Positions 47,582-60,778 of a stretch of DNA of 64,000 nt are shown piece by piece. The notes below the pieces were generated by a model. That model saw nothing but the letters and a program-made list of their open reading frames with translations. It made no database searches and had not been told where the DNA came from. The DNA is taken from contig OZ287087.1 in assembly GCA_965645245.1 (NCBI GenBank), positions 1,302,001 through 1,366,000 on the forward strand, read 5' to 3'. This DNA is from Massalongia carnosa. Taxonomy: Eukaryota. Each line of letters starts with the position of its first letter. Position 1 is the first letter of the stretch. The position numbers were made by a program, and so were the translations under genes.

Positions 47582-47685
47582 AATCGGTCCACTTCCTTCT
47601 ATACAATCGGTCCTCCACCTTCTACACCATCGGCCCTCCTCCTTCTACACTATCGGTCCTCCTTCTTTTACAATATCGGTCCCTC
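47582..47685 (+). repeat. ~23-bp pyrimidine-rich tandem repeat (x4-5)
   Basis: ATCGGTCCTCC.CCTTCTACAC-like units. Confidence 0.7.
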
Positions 47686-48906
47686 ACCACGGAGAAGCCA
47701 AAGGCCTTACCGTGGGCCGACCGTTAAAAATAAAGATTTGCTCCGTTCTCATCGCATCAAAACAATGCTAATTTAATGCGTTCACAAACGTCGCAGACGT
47801 ACGTACGGAAGAGGATATGAAGGCCTACCGCCGGGGGGTCGAATGCGCACTTCCCTGCTCTATGCTTCTAAGGGCTCAAGTCTATTTATGCAGTTATCAG
47901 CTGGAAGAAGATATGGATCAAAGGAGCCGTATTACCCCCCACCCGAGCACGGTCGACACGCGTTCTAGCTCCTGATTACGCCGCGTAACGGTATAGAAAG
48001 GTGGAGTAGAACTCTACCGGGTCGGTGGCAAGTAAGGTGATGAGTCTGGTGATTAGTCATGTGGTCGGGTGCTGGCCTCTTGGCGTTCCGGTTATATGAG
48101 TCTTTTTCTCGCACTTTCCTTCTTATCTTTCGGGATATCTATCTTCGGATCAAACTGCTATCAACATATACAACTATTATAGACACTTTCATTCATATAG
48201 CTTGTCGGCCATTGATGGGCATGACGATTCATTCATCGATGCAGTGAGGCTCTGTTGGTTCGGTCGTTTGTTTGTTTGTTTTATCCTTCTATCGTTCGCC
48301 ACTACCCAGTTTTTCCCTTCACAACGGGTGGGGTTTTCGCTAAAAATTTCTTTTTCGCCACCGGTTTGTTCTTTCAAAACTTAAACAGAATACCAAAAAT
48401 CATAGGGTTCGAAACAAACGGGTTGGGTTTTCAGTAGAGAAACCCGATCCGTTGCGCGTCGTAATCCTGTGATTTAAGTCTCCCCATGCAGTCATCAGCT
48501 AGAATCAACAGAACGCGTGCAGGTACCGGGGCGAAGCCACCTCAAGAAAACTCTGTCACGAGGTGGAATAATAATATCTCATTTAACAGGCCAGGCCTGT
48601 TAAATAAAATCAAGGAAAACCCAGAGTCACAATACACATAGTCCTAAACTACACAGTTAAAAATAGTACAGTTACAAAGCATAGTTACAATGAATATAAT
48701 CACACAGCATATGGTTATAAATCACACTGACACAAAAAATACGTTTACAAATCAATAATACATCCCTATAAAGGAATATCTGTTATGGCTCGTTAAGGCA
48801 GATCTTACCCCGTCAATATCGGAGTACATGTTATTGATAAAAACAAAATCGCTACTGGAAAATGGATACTAGATCAGCTAGATGACGAAGTTTTCGACAC
48901 GGGAGG

Positions 48907-49077
48907 TATGACGAAGCGAGATAGTGAATAGATTTCTACTATTGCGCCACCTTTCCTTCCCGACTAAAAGGCACAATACTTAGTCCGTAGAATAAGCTCT
49001 ATTCTACTATAACTGGGACTCCTGCTATGTTCGCTCTAGGTCCAGCCGTCCGCACCACGCTTGGTCGAACCGTTACA
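48907..49077 (-). repeat. Solo LTR of the TRIM family (171 bp)
   Basis: Diverged copy of 16652-16822, with TSD GGAGG at 48902-48906 and 49078-49082. Confidence 0.92.
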
Positions 49078-51159
49078 GGAGGTTAGAGAGATGTCGCACC
49101 GTTACAGGAGGTTGGAGAGAGGTCAAACAGTGAAATCAGAAATGATTTATGCTGAAATATTTACGAACTTTACAAAGACAAACTGTAAATTCGAAAATTC
49201 GATTACTATAGGTTGTTACTAATACGGAGTAAAAACGGGGCAAAATTTACGATTTATAGATGAGGTATAAACGGTTGATTTATCTGTATTATAGAAGCAT
49301 ATCCTCGGTGGCGTTACAGTTGCTAAAAAATGCAGCGGAGCTTCTGCATACGCAAAAGCAGGTCGACGACGAAGTCGCAAAGGCGCCCTATATCCTCAAT
49401 GACACTCTACTATCTATTCAACAAACACTGACACGCATAGAACGGAAGGATAAAATTCCCCAAAGCTACGCCGCTGCCGCCACAGGGCGAGGTCGTGATA
49501 GACACGCACCCCCAGCGAACAAAAATGTCAAGTCCCAACCGACTTCAAAGCACAAAATACCTACATCGAAGGAAGCGCGACGCGCTCGAGAAATCACTGT
49601 TCATATAACGGAGAATATAGATATGGAAAAAATAAAGCTGATGCCAACTATAGAGCTGGTAGAAACATTGCAAAATAAAGCGGAAGGAATACAAGGAGTA
49701 TCGCGCTGGTTAAATGGCGATATAAGGATTCATACGGAGTCATTGGAGGCAAAGAAAATTCAGCAGGAAAAGACCGACAGGACCCGTATATTGGTCTCCT
49801 CCGCAGCGGTGAATACTCGTACCTTCAAGGTAAGGGCATATGGAATCAGGGTGGAAAATATCAAAGTGGCCAATCAATCAACTGCTATCGCGTATCTGCT
49901 GGCCGCTAACGCACGCCTGCGTCCTGATCTCAAGATCATCAAAGTAGCATGGTAAGTCAAGGCTATCAGGGAGAAGAAAACATACTCCACGCTATACATA
50001 GATGTCGCGACCGCCGAGATAGCCAACCGGCTCATCACCGAGGGCCTGATAGAGGACTACAAAATGAAAGACTGTGAGCGTTTTACACGCGGTTGCACCA
50101 TGACCCAATGCTTCAATTGTCAGAAATATGGCCACATAGGTAGATCATGTCGCAATCCCGCCGCATATGGTCACTGCGCCGGTGGACATCAAAGTAAAGA
50201 ATGCAACTTGGAGACAACAGGGCACTACCATCGATGTGCCGTATACGGAGAAAAGGGACACGAAGCGTGGTCTACAGTATGTAAAATCAGAAAGGCTGAA
50301 AAGCGAAAAACTGAAATTGGTATGCAGAATCGCGCTCCACTATACACAATCGAGTCACAGTCGCCCTCATTCCAGTTTTAAGGAGCGCCGACACTCGCAG
50401 CTACAAAAACGAACGAAATTTCGTCAACGTGGAAGATTTTGAACGGCAAGATAAGAAAAATGCACAACGCGGGGCTCTCAGCCGATTTATCACCGGGCTT
50501 CCCCCGAGGAGAGCAAGTATCAACCTGGGCTAATATAGGCATTATGAATCCTGAAAACATGATCAAAGCCTTAGCTAAATCAGCGCTAGGTAGATTCCGC
50601 GCAGAATCCGTACTAACGACAGGTACCCAGGCCACCCCAGTCACAGTGGTCGAAACAATGGAAATCCTATGAGGGACACAAAATCCCTCTCGATATTGCA
50701 GTATAGTATCAGAAATGACAGAGTAAGTACTATGATACCCCACTTATCAGACACAAACACCTAGGACTATAATATCATTGCAATACTGGAGCCGTGGCGC
50801 AACCCATCCGCCCCCACATCGCTCAGTTCACATTAAAGTGGCTTTCACCTTTTATACCGCCCAGGAGGTGACACCAGAGTGTGCTTCTATATTAACGATT
50901 CTATAGATCCTGACAGCTGGGAAGGAGAATTTCCCTCGGCCGACATGAACACGCTAAAAATAGAAACAAGCACCGAAGGCGTAGCGGAGGTGATCCATAT
51001 ACAAAACGTATACAATCCCTCCCCTTCCTCCTATTCGTCCACTGATAGCCCTTCCACTCTATCGACCGCTCGGAGCATGCTAACCCAAGGCGTGCATCAT
51101 ATCCTGCTTGGTAATTTTAATCCGCATCATCCATTTTGGAACGGTCCTTTAAGACCCAC

Positions 51160-51655
51160 TGTAATAGCGCGGCAATACAGGACTGCGCTAGCTCCTGGGA
51201 TGACTCACCCAAGAAGACCGGGTGACTGATAATCCGGATGCTTAGTCATGATAAGGCGGATAGCAATACTAAGCCATCAGCAATCAGCCTTACCAGTTTG
51301 TTAGGCAGCAACTGAAGCTATTCAGATAAGCCTCGATCTCATGGGAGGCCTGGGATGCCTAGGAGACCTCAGCTGAAGGCAACAAGGCTATCTGCTAGAC
51401 CTCAGCTGAAGGCAACAAGGTTATCTGCTAGACCTCAGCTGAAGGCAGCAAGGCTATCTACTAGACCTCAGCTGAAGGCAACAAGGCAGACAGGTAACCA
51501 GACAAGTAGTTAGTAAATAGGACCCCAAGGGGTATATAGAAAGCTCGATTCCCATCTTCAGGGAATCAGCTTTTAGCTTTAGCACCTACCAATCTATTAG
51601 CAGTCACACTGAGCATTATAACCCATAAGGACTAGTGTCTACTGTCCCTCTTATA
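51160..51655. repeat. Solo LTR (496 bp) with an internal 33-bp tandem repeat
   Basis: TGTAA...TTATA (mutated CA end), TSD CCCAC; AGACCTCAGCTGAAGGCAACAAGG repeated x4 at ~51364-51486. Confidence 0.85.
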
Positions 51656-52008
51656 CCCACACAACATGCTGCAGCTGATCAATTGTTAGATATCATCGAT
51701 GAATTTAATCGTTCGCTAACATTGCCAAAAGGCACAGTAACATAGGAAGCGAGAAACACGTTTAGCACGATCGATCTAGTTTTCATGTCAGAATATCTAG
51801 TTGAAAGACTTGAATACTGCATGACCAGACCAGAATTAAATCAATTGTCCGATCATGTACCGATATCAACATGCATCCTACTCGGTAGTGAGTCGCAACC
51901 AAAAAGTAAACGCAGGGCAAGGAATCTTCTGAATTTGGAAAAATTAAGGGAACTCGAGCGCCACGCATCTCTACCGACATCTCCCTGCATACCTGCCGAG
52001 ATCGATAC

Positions 52009-52492
52009 TGAAACGAGGAGACCTTTTCCCAGCAGGTATTCACTACTAGAAGACGGGATCCATAGAGGCTACACAACGTAATGATCACAATAGAGGTACA
52101 AATAGGTAGGGTCGGGTCAAAGGGTAGACCAAATGCTACCCTTTTGAAGTGCTTGATTATTGATCTAAATAGAATAAGACAATCCACAACCTAAGCTCTT
52201 CTTCCGTACCTTGCCCATACTACCTGGTATTCTCGGACTCCGAAATACTTCGATCTCCGAAACACTCGGGTAGATGAGACTAGGCAGGCGAGCTAGGGGA
52301 GGTAAGGCGAGGCGAGGGGATACTTCGTGTACTACTAAAACACCTCCATAAGAAGTTAATTCCCTACACTATGCCTAACTGGGTTAGGCGGGACCTTATT
52401 TTCTTGGTCGTTATTTTGGCTGTACGTATCACACATAGCCATATAGGCTAGTCTTACGTTCAACGAATGCATACTAGGCCTACCCTATTACA
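52009..52492. repeat. Solo LTR (484 bp)
   Basis: TG...TTACA with TSD GATAC; the LINE frame resumes after it. Confidence 0.82.
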
Positions 52493-54453
52493 GATACGTA
52501 TACAGAATCGATTCAAAAAGTCCTACAAAATGTCATCAATGCAGCCGTTCCATTGGCGAAACCTAGCGAATATGCTGAGCCTTTTTGGATAGAAGAATGC
52601 AATATTGCCATCAAAGCCACTCGATAATTACGCCGCATATGGTCTGACATACATGATCCAGCGGACTGGTCCAACTACATGAAATCTAATGACAAGAAAC
52701 AGAAAATTATCCAAAAAGCAAAGAGGACAAATTTTCGTCAAGAGATCAGTAAGGCTGCCGACAGGCCTTAGGGTCTGTAGCGGCTAGCGAAATGGGCTAA
52801 AGACAAAAGTTACTCAGCTAGATAATTACCCAAAATGCCGACTTTAAAGTTCAATTATAAAATAGCAGACAAGTTTGATGAGGAATCCAAAATGCTGAAA
52901 AGCATTTTCTTTCCCGCACCACTACCGGCCGACTTAAGCGATATAGAGGGATCCTTCTATCCAACATCGCCGCACTGTGCAATAATTATCACCAGGTCAG
53001 TATCGAAGGCCCTGCATCGGCTCAAGCCCGATAAAGCACCGGGTCCTGACGGCATATCTAATAGAGTACTCAATTCATACGCGGAAAAACTTGTTAAACT
53101 ATTAATACCTCTGTTTCAGGCGTGCGTTACACTTTCGTACCATCCCCGAGCTATCAAAATGGTAAACACAATAGCATTAAGAATAATAGCCAAAGGAAAT
53201 TACACTACTCCAATGGCTTACCGACCAATTGCATTACTCAACACGATCAGCAAAGTAATAGAATCTATTATATGATCAAAAATAACCTATTTAGCGGAAA
53301 CATATCGGCTCCTACCCGAGAAACAGATAGGAGCGAGGAAGTGCAGATGTACAGAATCAGCTCTAGAGTTGTTAACCGAACAGGTTCACACGATTTAGGG
53401 ACAAGGAAAAGATAAAGTAGCCACACTTTTAAGCATGGACGTCGCCGGCGCGTTTTATATAGTTTCACATCATAGACTAATGCACAATCTACGTAAAAGA
53501 AAAATCCCGAAATAGATTACTGATTGGTTAAACAGCTTTTTAAATGATCGTAGCACAACTCTAGCTATAAATCGAAAAGCGTCGCGGTGAGAACTGGCAT
53601 ACAATAGGGCTCCCCTCTCTCATCAATCTTTTATCTATTCTATAATGAAGACCTATTGGAAATATGTGAGCGACCAGGCACAAACATAAGTAACATAGGA
53701 TTTGTAGACTATGCTAAAATTTTGGCGTATGGAAAAAGCACCGAAGAGAATTGCAAGACTTTAGAGTCAATACAGACAATGCGAAAAGTGGGCTTCACGA
53801 CACGGATCTCTTGTCACTGATTACAACGCTCTAACCTCAGGCAACATATGACGTAGTGCTATTTACCTTATGTTGAAATAGGTATATGACTATGGCTATA
53901 TGGCTATGATAAAAATGGTATGTATGACCGTGATGTTAAGGATGAAGAGTGCTATTCAGCAGTCTTTGTCCCATAACTGGTCACCCTCTGCTAAGCGAGG
54001 TGATAAGATTATCTGAGCTGATCTTATCTAATCTCCAGGCTAAGCCTAATACGGCATCTACGGTTTCTGTAGGTGCTCTCTCCATCTTGGGCAGTCGTAG
54101 GTGCTATGTTCATTGAACTGGTAGGTGTTCACTGTACTGGTAGGAGTTGAATATCCAATACCTTATCCAACCGAAAACGGATTTAGCACTGCTTGTAGCG
54201 ACATTATTAACACGCGTGGTACAGTCGACTGCAAAAGGTTGGTCGCGACCCTGAATTTGGGACCACACATCAAATATTTATGCGAAAATGGCAAAATGCC
54301 GGCAAAAATCTGAAAACTACCCTCACCGCCTACATGCCAATGAAGTCGTACTACTGGTCAGTATTGAAGCGACTTGTAGATTAGTATATGTAGATGCCAA
54401 TCCCCGTCTTTTTTCCCTCCCCCCTCTGCCATTCCCCATTTTTTATCTCAGAT

Positions 54454-56603
54454 ATGAAACTTCGTGAACCGAGAGCAAAAAGATCAAATTCCGGCCCCCC
54501 CCCGGCTGGAAAAGAGCCTTTCAAAGGTAAGAGAATCAAAGTGACTTTGGGAGGGCCGAGAGCCAGAGCCATTGTCGCCGCCGGCATCGATGAAGCCTCG
54601 CCGGAATCGACGTCGGCCCCTCCCAAGCCAAAGCCTCCCCTCAAGTCAAAGCCCCCCTTCAAGCCAAAGGCCCCCCTCAAGCCAAAGGCCCCTCCCAAGC
54701 CAAAGGTCTCTCCCAAGCCAAAGGCCCCTCCCAAGTCAAAGGTCCCGCCTCAGCAGTCAAAGACTTTCGAATCGAATTATTATAGTCCCCTTGTCATTAC
54801 GGAGGATTCCTCCGACGACTGGACGGATGAAGACGAGAAGCAGAGGTGGCAGGGTCAGTGGAGAAAGGAGAACGCGATGAAAGCTGTAGATGCCGAAGAT
54901 GATGCCGAAGATGATTCCGAAGATGATGCCGAAGATGATGTCGAAGATCTCAATGTGCCTAGTAACTCGATTGTCAGTAAGAAGTCTAGAAAACCAAGAA
55001 GAAAGGAACCCTCCCGTTTATCCCCTTCGCCACTGCCTCCGACGGTAATCAAATATCTACTAAATGTGAAGATGTCGTATGAGAAGCACGTCGTTTTCGA
55101 GACGGTGATTCCATACGAAGTCAATTCAACTACGTCGAAAAGATTCTTTTTGAGAAGCTACACCGGGGCCATGAGTTTGAAAGCCGAGACGTATGCGAAT
55201 TCCAAAATGTATGCTTGTCATTTGGTCGAATCAAAGCGACCGTGTTATGGAATTGAATCAAACCGCATGAAAAATCAGCTCTCATGTTGATCGAATCCTG
55301 GCAGCCCATTGAGGAGGTTCTAATTCATTTAGAAGACAGCAGCATTCGAAAGAAAAGCTTCGCGGTTGATCTTATTTTCAACTTCAGTCGTACCAAAGAT
55401 GGCGTCATTCCTCCCGATGATCCTATTGCTGCTGCCACAGCTGTCGCCACCAAGAAATTGGGAACCGCGACCATGAAGCTGCAAAAAGAGATGGAGGAAC
55501 GAGCAATGTTGCAAGGCATGACGGCCGAAAGAATGTCCGAATTGCAAAGTCTGCATCTCTGTGAAAAACGCGCATGTAGGAATTTCGGACAGTACTGTTG
55601 GAATGATGAGACGAAGAATCAGCATTATCCTCTCAACAGTGCTCATTTCGTGACCTGGAATAAAGCACTAGATGATGGAATTTCAGGCGTTGATTCTCGA
55701 ACACCTCCACCGAAGATCAGAGAGAATTTATTCTCCCTGAATAAAGGTAAGAAAAAGACTGAATCATCATCTCCAAAATAGGAAACCTCGTCTCAGGAAA
55801 TGCTCTTTGGAGGTGGGCATTCCATTTATCAACATCCCATGTATCAACACCACTCGTACCTAAACCCCCACTCGACATTTCCCCCCTCGTCATTGGCATT
55901 CCCCTCGACATTTCCCTCGGCATTCCCCTCGGCATTTCCTCCCTCGGCATTTTATCCTTCTCAGTATGCTCCTTCTACATTACCTGACTCGAGACGAGCC
56001 CGTGAGGAAACGCCGTTGGATTGGAGAGATTCGAGATCATCCAGAAGCAGTCGAAGCGTGAGTCGATTTCTCCCTCTCCCCTCCGTCGCCCGCAGCAGTC
56101 CAGTGGAAGAAGATCTGGAAGACTATGTCAGTTGGCTCGTTCAAATGAAGCCTCATTTGAAAGGAGTGCTCACCAACGCCTGCGATCGATTGATGGAAGG
56201 TGGGTACGATCTGATGACCGTTCAATCCTTGAAAGGCATCGAGTATCAGACGTTCTGGCAGGAACTAGGAATTCCTCCGGGAATCGGGATTCAACTGGCG
56301 CGAGACGTCAGTAAATTTGGAAGAGAAATGTCTCGGCAAATGCCTTTGCAAATGTCTCGACAAATGTCTCGACAGATATGTCAGCAAATGCCCCCGCCTC
56401 CCCCTCGGCGTCAACGCCATTTACCGACATCGCAAATGGCCACTCAGGCGGTCACTCAGGCGGTCACTCGGGTGGATAAGGGGATGGAGGATGGGGAGGT
56501 GGACGGGGGCGGGGAGGTAGGATCTGGAGTGAGAGATACAATTGAGGAAGATGAGACGCATAGTCTAGAATACGATTATGCCGAAGATGAAGATGAGGAT
56601 TAG
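54454..56603 (+). pseudogene. Accessory (cargo) gene of the Tc1-like element, ~700 aa when joined
   Basis: Three consecutive ORF blocks: a frame change (frameshift or intron) near 55280 and an in-frame TAG at 55779. PKPK repeats, acidic tract, HLC..RAC....YCW....H motif, SAM-like ELGIPPGIG segment. Confidence 0.7.
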
Positions 56604-56618
56604 ATACTATGTATCTAA

Positions 56619-57663
56619 TCAGATTGAAATGGTTGGATACTGAATGCCAGCCAATCTAAATAAATTTCCCGGGTCTCCCATTCTCAGATCTTTGACTGCA
56701 TCCCGAAGAAATTGTCCGAATCCCCCATACTCCTCCGTGTACGAAAGACTCATTTCTCCATTCCGTCGAATCCATGCCTTTAGCAATGCAAACGACGTTT
56801 CAATTGGATTGAAATCTGGAGAATAAGGAGGTAGTCGTGCCAAGGTGACGTTGGCTGTCTCGCACATCTGAATAAGCTCCTGATTCCAATGAATGCTGGC
56901 ATTATCTAGTACTAAAACAGATCTAGGACCTCCATTGGCAGTCGTCTGAGGAAGAACCTGATTTCGAACGAAGTCGTTGAAAATTTCGGCAGTTATGGAG
57001 CCCTGATGCACCTCCCAAGCTATATAGCCATCGACGGTAAATGCAGGAAGAATGCTCCATCTCTTTGACCTTTTCAAATCCTGAATCATGATTGGAGGGA
57101 CGCCTGCCTGAGCCCATCCGTATCGTCGGTCACCTAGTCAGAAAGTCAGAAAAATGACGAAGATGGGATGAAAGATGAGATAGGAAATAACCGGTTCTTT
57201 CGCAAGCTGCACTTTCGTCCAAAAAGATCAATTGCTCTGCAGTCCATTCTCCGAGTCTCTGCATCCATCCATCTCGAAGGCCTTGATTTCTTTGAGCTGC
57301 TTGTTTGATCACCTTCTTTCGATTCCAACCAAGCCTTTTTAGGGCACGACCAACGGTGGTCTCATCTGCAGATATCTGAAATTCGTCCCAAATGAACCAG
57401 CACATTTCATCCAGATAGGCATGCGGACGTTGCTCCAGATATTTCAGAAGTTCAATCTCATGAAATTGACTGAGTTTACGAGGGCGATGTCCAATTGACA
57501 ATTGAGGTAGAACCACATCTCCAAAATGAGTCCAATTACGTCTCATTCGTTGAATCTGTCTGATGCCAACACCAGTGACAGATGCAATTGTCTTATTGCT
57601 GTCACCTCGTACAAAACGAAGCGTGATTGTCTCACGAAGGGTCTCACTGAGAGGGGGGGGCAT
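56619..57663 (-). CDS. DD34E Tc1/IS630-family transposase, two exons (intron 57134-57191), 328 aa, apparently intact
   Basis: HTH region, IFLDES, VLDNASIH, LPPYSPDFNPIE with 34 residues between D and E; the GT...CTGAC...TAG intron gives ERTG|DRRYGW in frame. Confidence 0.92.
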
Positions 57664-58872
57664 TTTGGGAAAATGGCAGAGGAGAGAGGGAAAAAAGACG
57701 GGGAATGGCATCTACATATACTAATCTACAAGTCGCTTCAATACTGACCAGTAGTACGACTTCATTGGCATGTAGGCGGTGAGGGTAGTTATTCGGATTT
57801 TTGCCGGCATTTTGCCATTTTCGCGTAAATATTTGATGTGTGGTCCCAAATTCAGGGTCGCGACCAACCTTTTGCAGTCGACTGTATGAGCAGTTCAACG
57901 ACGGTGATGAAACCTGCATTAGACTTAGCACGGATATGAGTGTTTATTAACCGGCGATCTGTACATAGCTTTCTTTCTTCATCTTACTAGTTTTCGTACA
58001 TAGTCCCTATTAGATTTCTATCTAGGTCGACGTGCTACATCTCAATTCGCTCCTACAAAGTACGAACTTATTCACTTGTCTAGAAATCCCAAAAGATTCA
58101 ATATGGCTACATCTATCAACATTGCAAGTACCAAAATTGAACCAAAAACGGACATTAGAGTCTTAGGATTGCAAATCGACACCAAATTGAAATGGGGACC
58201 GCACGTTCGTAAAACGCAAAAGGAAATAGTTAAACAATCCATAGCATTGACAAAAATCTCCACATCAACTTGGGGTGCCACCTTCACTAAAGCAAGGCAA
58301 GTTTACAGCGCCGTAGTGCGTCCGGTCATGACATACGGGTCAACCGTATGGCACATGCCCAAAGAAGTCAAAAACGTCAAAAACGTCAACGAGCAAGCTC
58401 TCCGTTATGCAAAACAACTGCCTTCGCACCATAGCCGGTGCCTTTAAAGCCACTCCCATTCCAGTTCTTGAAGTAGAGACATACATAGCACCCATAGATA
58501 TACACCTCGACACGCTACAGGCGCAGGCCAGATATCGACTCCGAGCTGGAGGTTAATCGAAGGTCATATCTTCCGCATGCAGCAAATTAGTTAACAAACT
58601 CCGAGGCAAGGCAGGTCGCAAATGCCTTCAAAAATCCACTCTTGGAGAGCTGAAGCATATCTGGGCCAAAAACCTACTGATCGACGCAAAAATCGTTCAA
58701 CTACCCAAAGCACACTCACCATGGTCCGACCCCTCCCCAGCGCATCTCCGCGAAGTTTCCGTAGCAGCGTTGGCTCGTCAAAAAAAAAATGCAGACAATT
58801 AAATCACGACAGTTGAAAATCTGGAACGACTTGTAGAGCGCATATCAAAATCGCGTCGCCGAATCCTCCATA

Positions 58873-60778
58873 ATCGTGCCACGCCTCACCCCCTAGCGGG
58901 GGTGCTGGCCACCCAAATGACGTACACCACCCATATGACGTTTTTTTCGATTTTTGACTTCAACTCTTCAACGATCACCATTCAACAACACAATGCCTAC
59001 CAATTATGAAGAATTGGAGCATCATATTCAGGATGCCCTGGATGCTATTGGCGATGGCGAATACCGCTTTGCAACCGATGCTGCCGTCGCATTCAACGTC
59101 AAAGTCAGAACTCTTCAGAGACGCATTGCTGGAACCCATACTTCCTTCTTTGAACGTGAGCCTCATGGTCATGCTCTAACTGACGATCAAAGAGGTGCAA
59201 TAGTCATATATTTGACAAGACTGGATAAACTATCGATTTCTGCGCGCATCAGGCATCTGCGGGGTGCAGCAAATTACCTTCTTGCTCAGGCGAATCCTGT
59301 CGATCCTCCCCGAGTCGGACAGCACTGGCCAGCACGATTTCTAGCTCAGCACCCTCAATTTCATAGGAGGAAGCAGACACCTCTTGCAGTCGAAAGGAAG
59401 ACTTCCCTTACAAACGATGTTGCAAAGGCTTACTTCCATGAATTTCGTCAAATTTGTCACGAGAAGGGGATCGGACCCGAAGATATTTGGAACATGGACG
59501 AGTCAGGCTTTCGGATAGGCGTTGGCAGGGGTCATACTGTCATCACATTGCTTGCCAAAGGTCCTGTTCGTGTTACTGATCCGGGTGTACGTGATCTGAT
59601 CAGTGACGTTGAAAATATTAGTGGTGGAGGAGCGACGATCCCTCCGATGCTCATCGTGCCCGGAGTTTATATTCTAAATAAATGGGTGCAAGAAAACGAC
59701 CTCGACGACGATATACTGCTTGCTACTACTTCCTCTGGGTATTCCGATGATGTTAAGGCTTATGAGTAGATACAGCACTTTGAAAAACATAGTCGGAAGA
59801 CTCAGGTAGGTGGCTGGAGACTCCTTATCATGGACAATTATGGATCTCATCTTACATACGAATTTATTGAGTACTGCAATCACAAGAATATCATCTTGTT
59901 CGGTCTTCCCCCGTATTCTACACATGTTACTCAGCCATTGGATGTGGGAATATTTCAGCCCATGAAGCACTATCATTCCGATGTAATTGACGATGCTGTT
60001 CGACTCGGGAGCGATAATTTCAACAAACAAGACTTTTTTGCCGCTTTCACAGACATGCGAGCAAAGGCCTTTACTAGATCAAATATTCTATCGGCCTTCG
60101 AACACACTGGTCTAATTCCTTACTCACCTAAGATAGTGCTAGATAAAATAAGTGGCTGGCAACCCCCTTCAAAGGAGCCAACTCCGGACCCTTTCGGCTC
60201 GTCACCATCCTTTCAAGGTACTCCACATGGTCCTAAGCAGTTGTTTAGACGCGGAAGGGAGTTACAAAGAGGTCTAGAAGACTTTTATCTGCCCGAGGAT
60301 CGTCGTAAAAAGATGGATCAATATTTAAAGGGGTCGCTCGAAGCTGCGAATTCGCTAGCGTTGGCGGAGCGAGACATTGCAGCCACTCAAAATCATCACA
60401 AACAACGCTCAAAAAGAGAAGCACTAGATGGATCGCTTGCTCAAAAGGGCGGTGTATAACTGTGGGCGACGCAAGAGGAAAAATTAAGGCCTGGAGGATA
60501 GAGAAAGTGGCTAAGCATAATAGAGCGAAGGAGCGGCAAGAGAGGATCGATGCAAATGCACGAAATAAGTGGAATAAACAGTGCGCCCAAGGCTTCAAAT
60601 TGATAGGTAAGAAAGCTGATCAGTGGATCAACACCTGGATAGAGTTATTAGACATAGAATATGAGGATGGGGCTACTTTTGAGGAGGTAATAGAACTTTT
60701 TAATTAAAAACGTCATATGGGTGGTGTACGTCATTTGGGTGGCCAGCACCCCCGCTAGGGGGTGAGGCGTGGCACGAT
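58873..60778 (+). mobile_element. pogo/Fot1-like DNA transposon with 73-bp TIRs
   Basis: ATCGTGCCACGCCTCACCCCCTAGCGG... perfectly inverted at both ends; TA duplication. Confidence 0.96.
58993..60707 (+). pseudogene. pogo DDD transposase with a premature stop (59767) and a frameshift (~60455)
   Basis: WNMDESGF, MDNYGSH, LPPYSTHVTQPLDVG. Confidence 0.9.

Larger units (their letters stand above)
54222..57884. mobile_element. Tc1/IS630-like DNA transposon (3663 bp) with ~215-bp TIRs and two convergent genes
   Basis: TIR CAGTCGACTGCAAAAGGTTGGTCGCGACC... at 54222-~54437 and ~57668-57884; TA duplication at 54220-54221 and 57885-57886. Confidence 0.96.
53812..58039. repeat. Solo LTR (~563 bp net) split by the Tc1-like element
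   Basis: TGTCAC...GCTACA, imperfect TSD TCTCT/TCTCA; LINE HGS|QFAPTKYELIH rejoins across it. Confidence 0.72.
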
